DNA of 64,000 nucleotides from Eledone cirrhosa (GCA_964016885.1 OZ024740.1:382106001-382170000), one strand, 5' to 3'. Numbered from the stretch's first letter, positions 32,999 to 48,252 are shown. Numbers and translations: made by a program. The notes: generated by a model from the letters alone, not told the origin.

Positions 32999-34753
32999 AT
33001 GGGGAACCTTTTGAACTTACTGAATAAATACCGCAACAGCTTAACCACAAAAGAGTTTAACTATATAAGCCACTTCAAATGCAATACAAGCTCTTTTTAC
33101 GGCTTACCGAAACTCCACAAATGTAAACCCATAAACGATGCATGTGACACCTCAACCAACAATTACATTGAACTAACACCACCAGAAGACCTAAAACTCA
33201 GGCCAATTATAGCAGGCCCTACATGTGAAACCCACAGACTTAGCAACTTTCTGGACATCCTACTGAAACCCTTTCTACAACATATACAGAGCTACATACG
33301 AGATGACCTTGACATGCTGAAACACCTCCCTAAAACAGTAAGTGCAAATACAATTCTTGTCTCCTTTGACGTAATAAACCTCTACACAAACATACCTCAC
33401 AACTATGGAATAACAGCAGTCCAATACTGGCTTAACACACACCCATCAGAAATACCAACACGCATCAACACAGATTTTATCACTGACGGACTCCGCTTTA
33501 TCCTACAAAATAACTACTTCACATTCAATGGTTCAACATACAGACAAGTATCAGGTACGGCAATGGGCACGAAAGTAGCACCCACATATGCCAACCTAGT
33601 CATGGGATTCCATGAACAACAAATATACAGTCAGTCTCTTCTCTTATTTGGAGACTCTTTCCACACACACCTCAAAGCCAATTGGAAAAGATATCTAGAC
33701 GACTGCTTTATCCTATGGCAAGAAGACATGAACTCACTTACTACGTTTAAAAACATGATAAACAACATAGATAATAACATACAATTCACAATGGAATCCA
33801 ATCCTAAGGAATTAGGCTTCTTGGATATTCTCATCTCTGTAATAGACGGGAAATTAGATACAGATATATTCTATAAACCCACAGATTCCAAGCAATACCT
33901 CTTTTTCACATCAAGTCACCCAAAACATACAAAACTTAACATTCCTTACAATTTGGCCAAACGTATATGTACCATAGTATCAGATCCACCTAAACGGGAG
34001 CAAAGACTAAAGGAACTAAAAGACACCCTTATCTTAAGAGCCTTTCCACTTGAAATAATCAACAATGGAATAGACAGGGCAAAACACCTAAATCCCCATC
34101 AACTTAACAATCCAAAACAGAAAACCACACTAAACACCCTGCCATATGTATCCACTTTCAACCCCAGAAATACCGAAATGTTTGATCACCTACACAAAAA
34201 CCTCCCCATCCTACTTAAAGATGTAAAAATGAAGTCTATTCTTGAAACACACAAGATCCTTAAAAGTAAAAGACAACCCAAATCACTTAAACGCATTCTC
34301 ACTGGACCAAATATACCCAAACCAATCCTCAACCCTACAGTTACCAAATGTGGTAGAACAAACTGTGGAACGTGCCTCTACCTCACTGAAGGACAAACAT
34401 TTACATTCAAAGATGGCCAAACATTTACAGTAAAAAACAATTTCACCTGCAACTCGGAGAACTTGATTTACGCAATAACTTGCGGTGGGTGCAAACACAA
34501 CTACATAGGACAGACGGGCACCTCATTACGCAAAAGAATGACCATCCACCGCCAACAAATCCGGGACGCTAACACAAGAAAAATTCCCTTGAGCAGCCAT
34601 ATTGCGAACTGCGCAGGAATGACACTACCCAACTTTAAAATCTTCCCCTTCTACAAGTGCTCAGATTCGTTCACACAGCAACAAAGAATAAACAAAGAAA
34701 ATCTATTCCTTAACAAATTTAAACCAAAACTAAACGGGTTATCACCCCAATAG
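32999..34753 (+). CDS. PLE reverse transcriptase plus GIY-YIG endonuclease (C-terminal 584 aa of a frameshifted ORF)
   Basis: FYGLPKLHK, RPII, SFDVINLYTNIP, GTAMGT, RYLDD, CGRTNCGTC linker, LIYAITCGGC..YIGQT..R...H. Confidence 0.9.
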   Translation: MGNLLNLLNKYRNSLTTKEFNYISHFKCNTSSFYGLPKLHKCKPINDACDTSTNNYIELTPPEDLKLRPIIAGPTCETHRLSNFLDILLKPFLQHIQSYIRDDLDMLKHLPKTVSANTILVSFDVINLYTNIPHNYGITAVQYWLNTHPSEIPTRINTDFITDGLRFILQNNYFTFNGSTYRQVSGTAMGTKVAPTYANLVMGFHEQQIYSQSLLLFGDSFHTHLKANWKRYLDDCFILWQEDMNSLTTFKNMINNIDNNIQFTMESNPKELGFLDILISVIDGKLDTDIFYKPTDSKQYLFFTSSHPKHTKLNIPYNLAKRICTIVSDPPKREQRLKELKDTLILRAFPLEIINNGIDRAKHLNPHQLNNPKQKTTLNTLPYVSTFNPRNTEMFDHLHKNLPILLKDVKMKSILETHKILKSKRQPKSLKRILTGPNIPKPILNPTVTKCGRTNCGTCLYLTEGQTFTFKDGQTFTVKNNFTCNSENLIYAITCGGCKHNYIGQTGTSLRKRMTIHRQQIRDANTRKIPLSSHIANCAGMTLPNFKIFPFYKCSDSFTQQQRINKENLFLNKFKPKLNGLSPQ

Positions 34754-35763
34754 AATTGTCATAAAATATAAACACACATACGCACGGAATCACTACTATT
34801 AAAGACCAGAGACCAATTCTGTAGAATCAGGTTTATTCGTTGACAGACCATGCCTTTGTGTGACCAACACATCCATGTTAAACCCTGCACGTGCACACAC
34901 ATATTTCTATATATATATGCGCACACAGAATTCACCACTGTCGGTTGCGGGGCCCAATCTACATGAAGAACTCAATGTGATCAGAATGACTTGTATTTTA
35001 ATTTCACTGTCCCAACTTCTTATATTATGGAAAAAATATATGTGTCTGTATGTATATATATATATATATTTGGAGGCCATTTCTCTGTGTGTGGGTGTAT
35101 GTATGTGTATATGTGTGTGTGTGTATATATGTGTGTGCATGTGGATGTATGTATTGTGTGTGCGTGTGTGCGTGTGTGTGTATGTATGTGTGTATCTGGA
35201 TGTATGCGTATGTGTATATATATATATATATGCGTGTGTGTGTGTGTGTGTATATATATATGTGTGTGTATGTGTATATATGTGTGTGTGTGTGTGTATG
35301 TTTGTATGTGTGTATGTATATATATATGTGTGTGTATATGTGTATGTATATGTATGTGTGTGTGTATGTATGTGTGTATATGTATATATATATATATATA
35401 TGTATATGTATATGTATGTATGTGTGGGTGAAGGTATGTGTGTATATATAGGTGTAAGTGCACTAAATCCCTTTCTATCACGCTCCACTCTCCTACCCAT
35501 CACAGGAAGATATGTGTATGTATATTGCTTCCACCCCCTCACTGACCAGCAGCTGGCCAGTTGACGATTGCTAAATCTGACCTTTATAAAATAACCCACA
35601 CCCCAAATAACTTCTCATTCACTACCAGAAAGGGACACAGCAGTCAACCTGTTGTTGCTACCTAGATGAAAACTGCTATGAAATTCCACAATGAATTTTA
35701 TACTTGAATTTTCAAATCTCAAGTTTAAACTCTTCGTATTATTAATTTTTCTTAATATTAATC

Positions 35764-35811
35764 AACATTTGAAAAGATGGCTTTTGCAGAGCCATCGAAA
35801 CCGGTCATTTT
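35764..35811 (+). ncRNA. Hammerhead ribozyme with U3-A8 variant core (F5), 3' pLTR
   Basis: AACAT-TTGAAAA-GATGGCTTT TGC AGAGCCATC-GAAA-CCGG-TC-ATTTT. Palindromic stem III ACCGGT and GUC site. Confidence 0.72.
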
Positions 35812-35952
35812 TTATACCCTTTATTATTTCCTTACCTTATAAAATTATGTTTTTTCACAAAAAAAGTATTCTGTCTCTTATATATTCCATGTGCCATTAC
35901 CAACCTTAATTTTCTCTATAACCTTCGTTTTGTGTAGAAAATTACACTTTTC

Positions 35953-36017
<65 letters not shown>

Positions 36018-36063
36018 CATATATATATACATATATATATATACATATATATATATACATATG

Positions 36064-36345
36064 TCTCTTGTTCACGATTTCACCGAGTTTATATTCATAG
36101 AGATCTGGGACTCGTCTATTTCTTCTCACTTTCCGTTGCTTAAACCATTTTGTTTGTTACCCTAACGTCCCCTTTATTTACGTGTCCCAACGACTTTTTT
36201 TAGCCGTTGTTCGCACCAACCTGAGGTATATGGCCCTTAAAGCGATGAAATGCCTGGGACGGTTGGAGGGTCACTGATGAAGGACTTACTTTTTCATATG
36301 CACCACCATTTGCAACGCGCAGCCATCATTATTATCATATTTATA
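36064..36345 (+). mobile_element. Solo pLTR plus tail of the non-coding element at 55662-56644
   Basis: Reverse-complement match to ~56345-56628; in (TA)n. Confidence 0.8.
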
Positions 36346-38033
<1,688 letters not shown>

Positions 38034-38183
38034 ATATATATATATATATATATATATGTAGGAGGTGAGTTTTATTGTAGTACAATAAAGCAATGCAGAT
38101 ATCGGATAAGAAGCACTCTACAGTTTGTGGGACTGGAGTATGCATAATATAAGATCAAAAGATGGTTAAAGGAGTTCAATATA

Positions 38184-38250
38184 TTTTATTATGCGCATTT
38201 CAAAAACAAACATCATCAAACAATAATATTTGTGTTTTCATCAGATAAAA
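38184..38250 (-). ncRNA. Type I hammerhead ribozyme (F3)
   Basis: Reverse complement of 42944-43010. Confidence 0.8.
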
Positions 38251-40461
38251 CAGGAGAACATGATATGAAGGCTAAAAAAACACTTGTTGATAGTGCAGTT
38301 TTAAATCAACATATGAAAAGTGGTTTTAGATTGATGTGTGATTTTGGGAAAAATATTTTATTTAGAGAGGGGGGGAGAGAAAAGGATGAAAAGGGAAGGA
38401 GATGAGAGGGAGAGATGGGTGATAGAGAGAAAGAGATAGTTTTTATAACTGAGAGGAGATATATTTTATATAGAGGGGTTGAAAACCGTTGGAAGATACT
38501 GTATAAATTAAAAATTTTGAAAATTAACGAAGGGAGGATATGTGCGAGGAAAAAATATATTATATTTAGGGAGGGGGGGGAGGATGAAAAAAAGGGGAGG
38601 AGATGAGAGTGAAGGTGGAAAGGGAGAGATGGGTGATAGAGAGAAAGAGATAGTTTTTATAACTGAGAAAAAGATATAATGTTTTAATATAGAGAGGTTG
38701 GGAACCGGTGGAAGATAATGTATAAATTAAAGGAATTTGAAAATTAACGAAGGGAAATTATGTATGGAGATAGAGAGAAAAAAAAAAAATAACGAAGGGA
38801 AATTATGTATGGAGATAGAGAGAAAAAAATAATAATTGTGGGTGAATATTCTAACGTCAAAAGAAGAAATGTAGGAATTTTAAAATTAGCAAAGAGAAAA
38901 AGTTTGTGTGTAGAAGGATTTGAGAAAAATAATGTGAAGTTAAAGTTTGTATATTGAATTCATATGTATTAATAATGAGTTCGTTGATGGGGAGAAAAAA
39001 ATAATAATAAATTAAGGATGAAATTGAGATTAAAAAGATTTATGATAGAGAGAAAAAATAATAATGATTGCGGATGAATACTCAAAATGTCAAAAACAAA
39101 TGTTATTGTTTTACGAGGAGATAGAATGAGGGTGATGAGTAAACGGGTATTATAGAGTGTATAATGCCCTTTAAAGTAAGGTAGATGGGTATATTTTAAA
39201 GAATATATGAGTATATATTAAAAAAAATATATAATAATAAATTAAGGATGAAATTGAGATTAAAAAGATTTATGATAGAGGGAAAAAAATAATAATGATT
39301 GCGGATGAATATTCAAAATGTCAAAAACAAATGTTATTGTTTTACGAGAAGATAGGATGAGGGTAATGAGTAAACGAGTATTATAGAGTGTATAATGCCC
39401 TTTAAAGTAAGGTAGATGGGTATATTTTAAAGAGGTGTATGTATATGTGCCTTTGAGAAAAGATTCTAAATTGATAAAGAATTGAATATTAACTGTATAC
39501 TTTGTGAAAAGTTCTATGGAATTTATGCAGGCAGATGGAAAACAAATCCGAGCGTCTATTTATTATGGATTCTAGGTTAGAGATAATGGTAAATTTTTCA
39601 TTTAGGCAGAGATTACAGATTTTAGATAGAGAGCTGTTCAAGTACGAGGATGCAGAAGAAATCTTTATCCAAAAGATGTTATATTTAATGTTTTTGTCTT
39701 TTAAGGACCATATGAGTTCTGAGAGAGCAGTGTTAGTTCTTTTAAGTTTGTATTTGAAAGATGAATGATGATTATAGAGACGAGCTTTAAAAGAGGTGGA
39801 AGTGGAGCCAAAATAGGTGAAGGAATTGGTGCTAGTTATAATTTTACATTCATAAATTAAGTTTTTATCGAGGCAATGGTTGTTGAGAGGACATTTATTT
39901 TTAATGCGGCAGTTGCAATTAGAGAGATTATTAATGAGTGATCCAGTGTTATCTATAGAAGGAATTGGATTGGAGAAGTTGTTTGCGATAGGAATAATAG
40001 GAATAATAGTTTCTTGATTTAGAGTTGGATTATGAACATTTAGCGAAGTTGTGTTTGACGTTGCATTTGGGTTTACAGAAGTTAGCCTAGGGTTTACAAT
40101 GACGTCAGGAGTACTATTATTGTTATTATGAGATTCAATATTGGAAGGAAGAGATTTAGTATTTAATATTTTGTTGTTGTGTTTAGAGATGATGTTGGAA
40201 ATATTGGAGGATGTAGAATACGAAAATTTGATGGTGTGTTTGTTAAATATTTTACTATAGATATGTGAGGGAGGGAAGCATTTATTTAAGGCACTAAAAA
40301 ATAATTTAGGAATATTGTTATTAATAGAGATGGAGAAAGGAGCATTATACCAGATTATGTTTTTGTATCTAGGTCTTTTATTAAAATTATTGGAATGGTT
40401 ATGATTAAATATTCTACTGTAAGTTTTCCTAGAATTTGTTTCTTTATTATATTTGATTTTA

Positions 40462-41702
40462 ACCTAAAAATTGAATTTGATAATAGTACCAAACTAGCTA
40501 ATTTCTTGGATGTATCTCTTAATCTTGACACTGGCCTATATTACCCTTACCATAAAAACAATGAGAATCTTAATTATGTTAACTTTAAATCTAACCATCC
40601 TACCAATATCAAGAATGCTATAGTTAATAATATTGGAAATAGAATATCTAACATATCTTCTAATAAAAACATCTTTGATGCTAACGCCAATTACTATAAT
40701 AAGGCACTTTCTAAAGCCGGCTATCCAGATAAAATCAAATATAATAAAGAAACAAATTCTAGGAAAACTTACAGTAGAATATTTAATCATAACCATTCCA
40801 ATAATTTTAATAAAAGACCTAGATACAAAAACATAATCTGGTATAATGCTCCTTTCTCCATCTCTATTAATAACAATATTCCTAAATTATTTTTTAGTGC
40901 CTTAAATAAATGCTTCCCTCCCTCACATATCTATAGTAAAATATTTAACAAACACACCATCAAATTTTCGTATTCTACATCCTCCAATATTTCCAACATC
41001 ATCTCTAAACACAACAACAAAATATTAAATACTAAATCTCTTCCTTCCAATATTGAATCTCATAATAACAATAATAGTACTCCTGACGTCATTGTAAACC
41101 CTAGGCTAACTTCTGTAAACCCAAATGCAACGTCAAACACAACTTCGCTAAATGTTCATAATCCAACTCTAAATCAAGAAACTATTATTCCTATTATTCC
41201 TATCGCAAACAACTTCTCCAATCCAATTCCTTCTATAGATAACACTAGATCACTCATTAATAATCTCTCTAATTGCAACTGCCGCATTAAAAATAAATGT
41301 CCTCTCAACAACCATTGCCTCGATAAAAACTTAATTTATGAATGTAAAATTATAACTAGCACCAATTCCTTCACGTATATTGGCTCCACTTCCACCTCTT
41401 TTAAAGCTCGTCTCTATAATCATCATTCATCTTTCAAATACAAACTTAAAAGAACTAACACTGCTCTCTCAGAACTCATATGGTCCTTAAAAGACAAAAA
41501 CATTAAATATAACATCTTTTGGAAAAAGATTTCTTCTGCATCCTCGTACTTGAACAGCTCTCTATCTAAAATCTGTAATCTCTGCCTAAATGAAAAATTT
41601 ACCATTATCTCTAACCTAGAATCCATAATAAATAGACGCTCGGATTTGTTTTCCATCTGCCTGCATAAATTCCATAGAACTTTTCACAAAGTATACAGTT
41701 AA
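40462..41702 (+). pseudogene. C-terminal RT plus GIY-YIG endonuclease of the PLE (the first codons of ORF 40395-41702 come from the inverted arm)
   Basis: NFLDVSL, SNHP, CNC....CPL...CL, LIYECKI..YIGST..FKAR..NH, CNLC..EK, C.H. Confidence 0.88.
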
Positions 41703-42943
41703 TATTCAATTCTTTATCAATTTAGAATCTTTTCTCAAAGGCACATATACATACACCTCTTTAAAATATACCCATCTACCTTACTTTAAAGGGCATTATA
41801 CACTCTATAATACTCGTTTACTCATTACCCTCATCCTATCTTCTCGTAAAACAATAACATTTGTTTTTGACATTTTGAATATTCATCCGCAATCATTATT
41901 ATTTTTTTCCCTCTATCATAAATCTTTTTAATCTCAATTTCATCCTTAATTTATTATTATATATTTTTTTTAATATATACTCATACATTCTTTAAAATAT
42001 ACCCATCTACCTTACTTTAAAGGGCATTATACACTCTATAATACCCGTTTACTCATCACCCTCATTCTATCTCCTCGTAAAACAATAACATTTGTTTTTG
42101 ACATTTTGAGTATTCATCCGCAATCATTATTATTTTTTCTCTCTATCATAAATCTTTTTAATCTCAATTTCATCCTTAATTTATTATTATTTTTTTCTCC
42201 CCATCAACGAACTCATTATTAATACATATGAATTCAATATACAAACTTTAACTTCACATTATTTTTCTCAAATCCTTCTACACATAAACTTTTTCTCTTT
42301 GCTAATTTTAAAATTCCTACATTTCTTCTTTTGACGTTAGAATATTCACCCACAATTATTATTTTTTTCTCTCTATCTCCATACATAATTTCCCTTCGTT
42401 ATTTTTTTTTTTTCTCTCTATCTCCATACATAATTTCCCTTCGTTAATTTTCAAATTCCTTTAATTTATACATTATCTTCCAACGGTTCCCAACCTCTCT
42501 ATATTAAAACATTATATCTTTTTCTCAGTTATAAAAACTATCTCTTTCTCTTTATCACCCATCTCTCCCTTTCCACCTTCACTCTCATCTCCTCCCCTTT
42601 TTTCATCCTTTCCACCCCCCCTCCCTAAATATAATATATTTTTTCCTCGCACATATCCTCCCTTCGTTAATTTTCAAAATTTTTAATTTATACAGTATCT
42701 TCCAACGGTTTTCAACCCCTCTATATAAAATATATCTCCTCTCAGTTATAAAAACTATCTCTTTCTCTCTATCACCCATCTCTCCCTCTCATCTCCTTCC
42801 CTTTTCATCCTTTTCTCTCCCCCCCTCTCTAAATAAAATATTTTTACCAATATCACACATCAATCTAAAACCACTTTTAATATGTTGATTTAAAACTGCA
42901 CTATCAACAAGTGTTTTTTTAGCCTTCATATCATGTTCTCCTG

Positions 42944-43010
42944 TTTTATCTGATGAAAACACAAATATTATTGTTTGATGATGTTTGTTTTTGAAATGCG
43001 CATAATAAAA
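42944..43010 (+). ncRNA. Type I hammerhead ribozyme (F3) with long stem II
   Basis: TTTTAT-CTGATGA-long stem II-GAAA-TGCGCA-TA-ATAAAA; palindromic stem III ATGCGCAT. Confidence 0.8.
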
Positions 43011-43042
43011 TATATTGAACTCCTTTAACCATCTTTTGATCT

Positions 43043-43097
<55 letters not shown>

Positions 43098-43211
43098 TAA
43101 GAGGAATTCCAACTTTGTCTGATTTACTCGTTTTATTTACAATCCTTTAAAATATATATAATGGTATTATAATGAAATAGTATGATAGAATATTAAATTC
43201 TAAGTGTTAAT

Positions 43212-43250
43212 TGAACAAGTACTTTCATGCTTTCGCAATCTTCAGGTTCA
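43212..43250 (-). ncRNA. Minimal hammerhead (F6)
   Basis: TGAAC-CTGAAGA-T TGC GAAA GCA T-GAAA-GTAC-TT-GTTCA. Confidence 0.8.
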
Positions 43251-43322
43251 TATTCTGTGGTGACAGTCGAGTTTGCAATTTTCACAGTTGAAAATTGCAA
43301 ACTCGACTGTCACCACATATCA

Positions 43323-43361
43323 TGAACCTGAAGATTGCGAAAGCATGAAAGTACTTGTTCA
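43323..43361 (+). ncRNA. Minimal hammerhead (F6)
   Basis: Same sequence; GNRA-capped stem II and palindromic stem III AGTACT. Confidence 0.8.
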
Positions 43362-43530
43362 ATTAACACTTAGAATTTAATATTCTATCATACTATTTCA
43401 TTATAATACCATTATATATATTTTAAAGGATTGTAAATAAAACGAGTAAATCAGACAAAGTTGGAATTCCTCTTATTAATATAATCTTCTATACACAATC
43501 ATACACACCCGTGTATATTTACCTATCTAT

Positions 43531-43589
<59 letters not shown>

Positions 43590-43810
43590 TGTGATGTGTT
43601 GGTGTAAATGGTATTACAGTGGTCCGGATAACCAAAGATGTGGGTTCAACTACCATGTACGTCAATACTCATCTTTTTCCATTTCTCCGAGGGTTCTTAA
43701 CCCCACTATCAGGCTAAATAATTTCTTTAATTTCTTTCGTCAAAATACGTCGATAGTTTACATTTCTAATAATTTCAAACCCACTCGCTGTTTCGAAAAT
43801 ATTCTTACAC

Positions 43811-43845
<35 letters not shown>

Positions 43846-43963
43846 GGTGTGGATAAATCTACCAAAATATACGGTAGTGTCCAATCCTAGAAACGATCGT
43901 AAAATGATGAATTTTTTAATATAAAGAACTTGTTCTTTGTTTTTATTTCATTGTGTTTTATTA

Positions 43964-44047
<84 letters not shown>

Positions 44048-44073
44048 TTATATAAGTTAGTACATATACACAT

Positions 44074-46460
44074 TAGGCATATGACATTTTTACAACCCCG
44101 TATGAGCATGGTATTTTCTAATGAGGTTTTTGTCATAAAGAAAAAATTACAGTAGTTTTTTTGTAAATTTTGAAAAGAATTCTTGCACATACTAAATTAG
44201 ATTTTAAGTTGTTGGTAATTACCCAGTCCCATAAAATAAATACCTAAAACAATAAATTATGACAATAAAAAATATATTTTAATTATTAGTTAAACAAAAT
44301 TTAATCTATAAGCTTCTACTACTTTTATAAAATGGCAAAAGGTCCTGCACAACTTTTACAGCTCGCTCAGCGCAAATGTTCGAGCGTTGCGTTGTGGAGA
44401 TTCTTCATTAGACCAAAGTTTTCTGACGGTGTTTGCAGCCTTTTCACACTTGGCCTTAATTAGTTGGTCAATGAGTTTCTGCTTGGTGTCAGCTCTATAC
44501 AGTTGACTTGAGAACCACATTTTCCCCCACATTCCGCAGATGTATTCGGCACCAGCGCGCAGCTTCGCTCGTTCATCGGGCATCAAAATAAACTCAAGCA
44601 ACAAATAAATTGCTCGGCTATTCCAACGAGCATTGTGCAAATTAGGTAATTTCTGAAAATTTATTTTAGGAAACGCACCGTTTTCAAAGAAATGCTGCAC
44701 GGCTATCATGGGATGCTGAAGGAAATCGATGTCACTTCTCCAGCGCGTCGGGGTTTCATTAATTTCCATCGTTCCATTTGAAAATTTCTGCTTCAGTTCG
44801 TCATTGTTCTTTAAAATGGCCTCAACAAAGTAATAATTGATATATGGCGAAGTTGTTTTGCTACTATATAGTTGATCAAAATAAACTATCAATGCACGGT
44901 CTAAAATGCGGTGCTGGCATCCAACATATAATGGCTTGCTGTAACCGCGACGCGCGAACTCACTGTTGAGCATGGCAACAACTCCTGCCTTTTTGCTGGT
45001 ATTGACACTATTAGTGTCAGAGACTATCATCACGATAGATTCCACAGTTCATATTTGTCAATAACTTCTTTCAATCCATTAAATATAGTAAGAGCCTTTC
45101 CATTGTTTAATACCATCGGCCTCAGGCGTATTTCTTTCTCATCATTTTGTATCACTACAACCTGATATTCTACGTCTCTCATTCGTTTTCCATCAAAATG
45201 AAGGCTCCATTTTTCCCTTTTGAGTTCATTTTTTCACTTTTCCATGAGTTTCTCATCTTCTCTGATAACTGCTTTGTGCACTGCCGACTGACTCGGGGTG
45301 CTCACCTTAATACCACAACTTTTAAATTCGTTGCAAACTGCTGCTGCTTTTCTACTAGGTAATTTAGTATTTCTTACTAGGTTAACAGCATGAGCTGTGT
45401 TGTCTCTTTTTCGTTTTTTTTTCTGGTGAAGGTGAAGGTGAAGGTTTGTAATCGCTGGTATTTGTATCGGTGTCACTGTATCTTTTATTTGAGTCCAGAT
45501 GAATGTATAAGCAGGATGGCTTATCATGATCTAGTTCTTGTTTTTTTTGTTTTTAATTCTCTTAGAAGGATGGATTTTCTTTTCACTGTTTATTTCATCG
45601 TAGTATACCCATCCTTTCCACAACTCTCGACTTGTTTTTCATAAAATGACAATTCTTCGACTGCTAACCATATCCCATATCTTTTTGTAATGTCAAACAG
45701 ATTATTGAAATTCGCAGAGCCAGGTCTTTTCACTTCTTTTTCCTTTTATTTAATTATTTTTTCAATTTTTCGAGGTATTGAAAGTTTGTTGATAGTTGGA
45801 AAGCTGAACTTTTCCCATAAACTTTCACATTCTCCAGTAATTATCTTAATTCTTTTTTTGGTATTTTTCTCTTCAGCAGCAAGAGTGATATATCTATCAA
45901 CGATCTGTTGCTCAGTAGGTAGCTTGCATAATTCGATTAATGAACTTTGAATTTTCGTTTTCCTAGATTTCTTACTCTTCTCAAAGTGACAAATATTTTG
46001 TGCCCAAATCTTTTTACTTTCCTCTTTAGCAACTGGATTTTTATACATCTGAAATTTATAATATTAATATAATATAATTATAAATATTAAAATATATTAA
46101 TAAATATACCTCGCAAATTTTAATTTATTTTATTTATGTATTTTATGAATTTTATGAACAGATTAAACTGACAAATAAGTGATGAACAAGCAATAAAGTT
46201 GATCCATTAAACAATTTGAAGAAGAATACTATATTTTGTAAACTGTTAAATTGCACACTATATTTGTATTACATACACATGTATATTGTATATGCAATTC
46301 TATATTAGTTAATCAATGTTAAAGAATCTACCTTGTGCAAGAGTTTTTTAAAATTCTAATATTTTTTAACATGCTCACAAGTATTTTCTAGTAAAAGTTC
46401 ATCTGAAAATGGCATGCTCATTTATTTTTTTAACAAAAGTGTACTTTAGGAATATGCCTA
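44074..46460 (-). mobile_element. hAT-superfamily DNA transposon (hATm-like) with degenerate transposase
   Basis: TIR TAGGCATAT/ATATGCCTA and a perfect 8-bp TSD ATACACAT (44066-44073, 46461-46468). Transposase pieces SDTNSVNT, GCQH, RWRSD, HNARW. Confidence 0.88.
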
Positions 46461-46650
46461 ATACACATACTCACACACGCACATTAGCACATGCAAACAC
46501 ACATTCTCGCATACCTCATGCACTCATACATTTGTGCATACATATATATATAAATACACGCGTATTCATTTGTGAGAGTGTGTTTAGCAGTGTTTCCGTA
46601 CATAATACAGATTACGTAACGCTGAGACACATACATAATTTACACATTTA

Positions 46651-46709
<59 letters not shown>

Positions 46710-46739
46710 ATATATATATATATATAAATATATATATGT

Positions 46740-46772
<33 letters not shown>

Positions 46773-46796
46773 CATACATATACATGTGTGTGTGTG

Positions 46797-46965
46797 TAAA
46801 TGGTAAACAGAAATAACAAGACAATCGGTACAGGTTAACGCTTGATATAGTAGGACGAGCGTCTGAACATTTCGGACGCTAGTCTTTCATCAGAAGAAAG
46901 AATGAGAAATAGGATAGATTGAGGGGACTGGCGGCTTGGAATAGGAAAAAAATGTCTTTAGATAA
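46797..46965 (-). mobile_element. Short HHR-bearing repeat (F7) with degenerate HHR at 46862-46897
   Basis: Homologous to 53570-53720 and 59339-59527. Confidence 0.7.
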
Positions 46966-47075
46966 GAATAACATGTCCATTCATGTTGACATCTCTTTGC
47001 AAAACTGTTGGTGCTGGCGTTTTGTGTATGATTTATCTTTTAGAAAAGTGGATGATGGAGCGCATCTACTTGAAA

Positions 47076-47137
<62 letters not shown>

Positions 47138-47426
47138 ACACACACACACACACATTTATATATGTGTGCGTGTGTGTGTGTAGGATTTCCGAGATAAAAG
47201 GCCAATGAAAACAATAATGAATCTATTGCAAGAGAGCTTATTTAGTCTATTTAGAATTGCATACAGTTGTCATGTAAGCACAACCTTAGGTTTCGGGGTC
47301 TTGTTATGGCCAAGCCTGTATGGTGGAGGACCCTTTTAACATTGGTCTCTCATCCACACCGAAACCTATAGTCGTGGATACATTTTAACTGTATGAGATA
47401 CTAAATATACTGTATGTATATACATC

Positions 47427-47517
<91 letters not shown>

Positions 47518-47716
47518 AAAACCAAAGGCCCTCCATCTCAACTCTACTTTTGAAAAGCAGAAGAACTGCGAAACCAATAAAGGAAACAAATAAATATATA
47601 TTTAATAAATAAAAGACTCCAGTTGCATTTTCGATTTCATCTTTTTTCCTTATACTTTCACTCGTGTAGGACAGCTCGATTATTTTTCATTTTGTAAAAA
47701 AAACCTCACTTTCTAC

Positions 47717-47750
<34 letters not shown>

Positions 47751-47752
47751 AT

Positions 47753-48154
47753 GTAGGAGATGAGTTTTATTGTAGTACAATAAAGCAATGCAGATATCGG
47801 ATAAGAAGCACTCTACAGTTTGTAGGACTGGAGTATGCATAATATAAGATCAAAAGATGGTTAAAGGAGTTCCATATATTTTATTATGCGCATTTCAAAA
47901 ACAAACATCATCATGCAATAATATTTGTGTTTTCATCAGATAAAACAGGAGAACATGATATGAAGGCTAAAAAACACTTGTGGATAGTGCAGCTATGTTG
48001 ATTTAAAGCTGCACTAACCACAAGTGTTTTTTAGCCTTCATATCATGTTCTCCTGTTTTATCTGATGAAAACACAAATATTATTGCATGATGATGTTTGT
48101 TTTTGAAATGCGCATAATAAAATATATGGAACTCCTTTAACCATCTTTTGATCT

Positions 48155-48161
<7 letters not shown>
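47753..48161. mobile_element. Miniature fold-back of the 38-43 kb PLE 3' end, with HHRs at 47879-47945 (-) and 48056-48122 (+)
   Basis: Same termini and same ~87-nt one-sided tail as 38057-43050. Confidence 0.88.
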
Positions 48162-48236
<75 letters not shown>

Positions 48237-48252
48237 TATATATATATAAAGG

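Larger units (their letters stand above)
30949..35958 (+). mobile_element. Full-length Penelope-like element (Neptune-like) with ~280-bp pseudo-LTRs (30949-31227, 35680-35958)
   Basis: Direct repeats, a long frameshifted ORF at 31251-34753, and (TA)n flanks. Confidence 0.92.
38057..43050. mobile_element. 5'-truncated Penelope-like element (possibly Hydra-clade) forming a giant inverted repeat: arms 38144-40461 and 40730-43050
   Basis: Arms are near-identical reverse complements. The plus arm encodes a GIY-YIG, there is an HHR near each outer end, and the flanks are (TA)n. Confidence 0.92.
43093..43480. mobile_element. Fold-back non-coding element with two hammerheads (F6)
   Basis: ~190-bp near-perfect arms in (TA)n. 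Confidence 0.85.

Noticed and set aside
36216-36267. SECIS interpretation of TGAG...AAA...GA stem-loop
   Set aside because: Helix II pairs poorly, there is no AUGA and no UGA-containing ORF is linked; retained only as an unknown motif.
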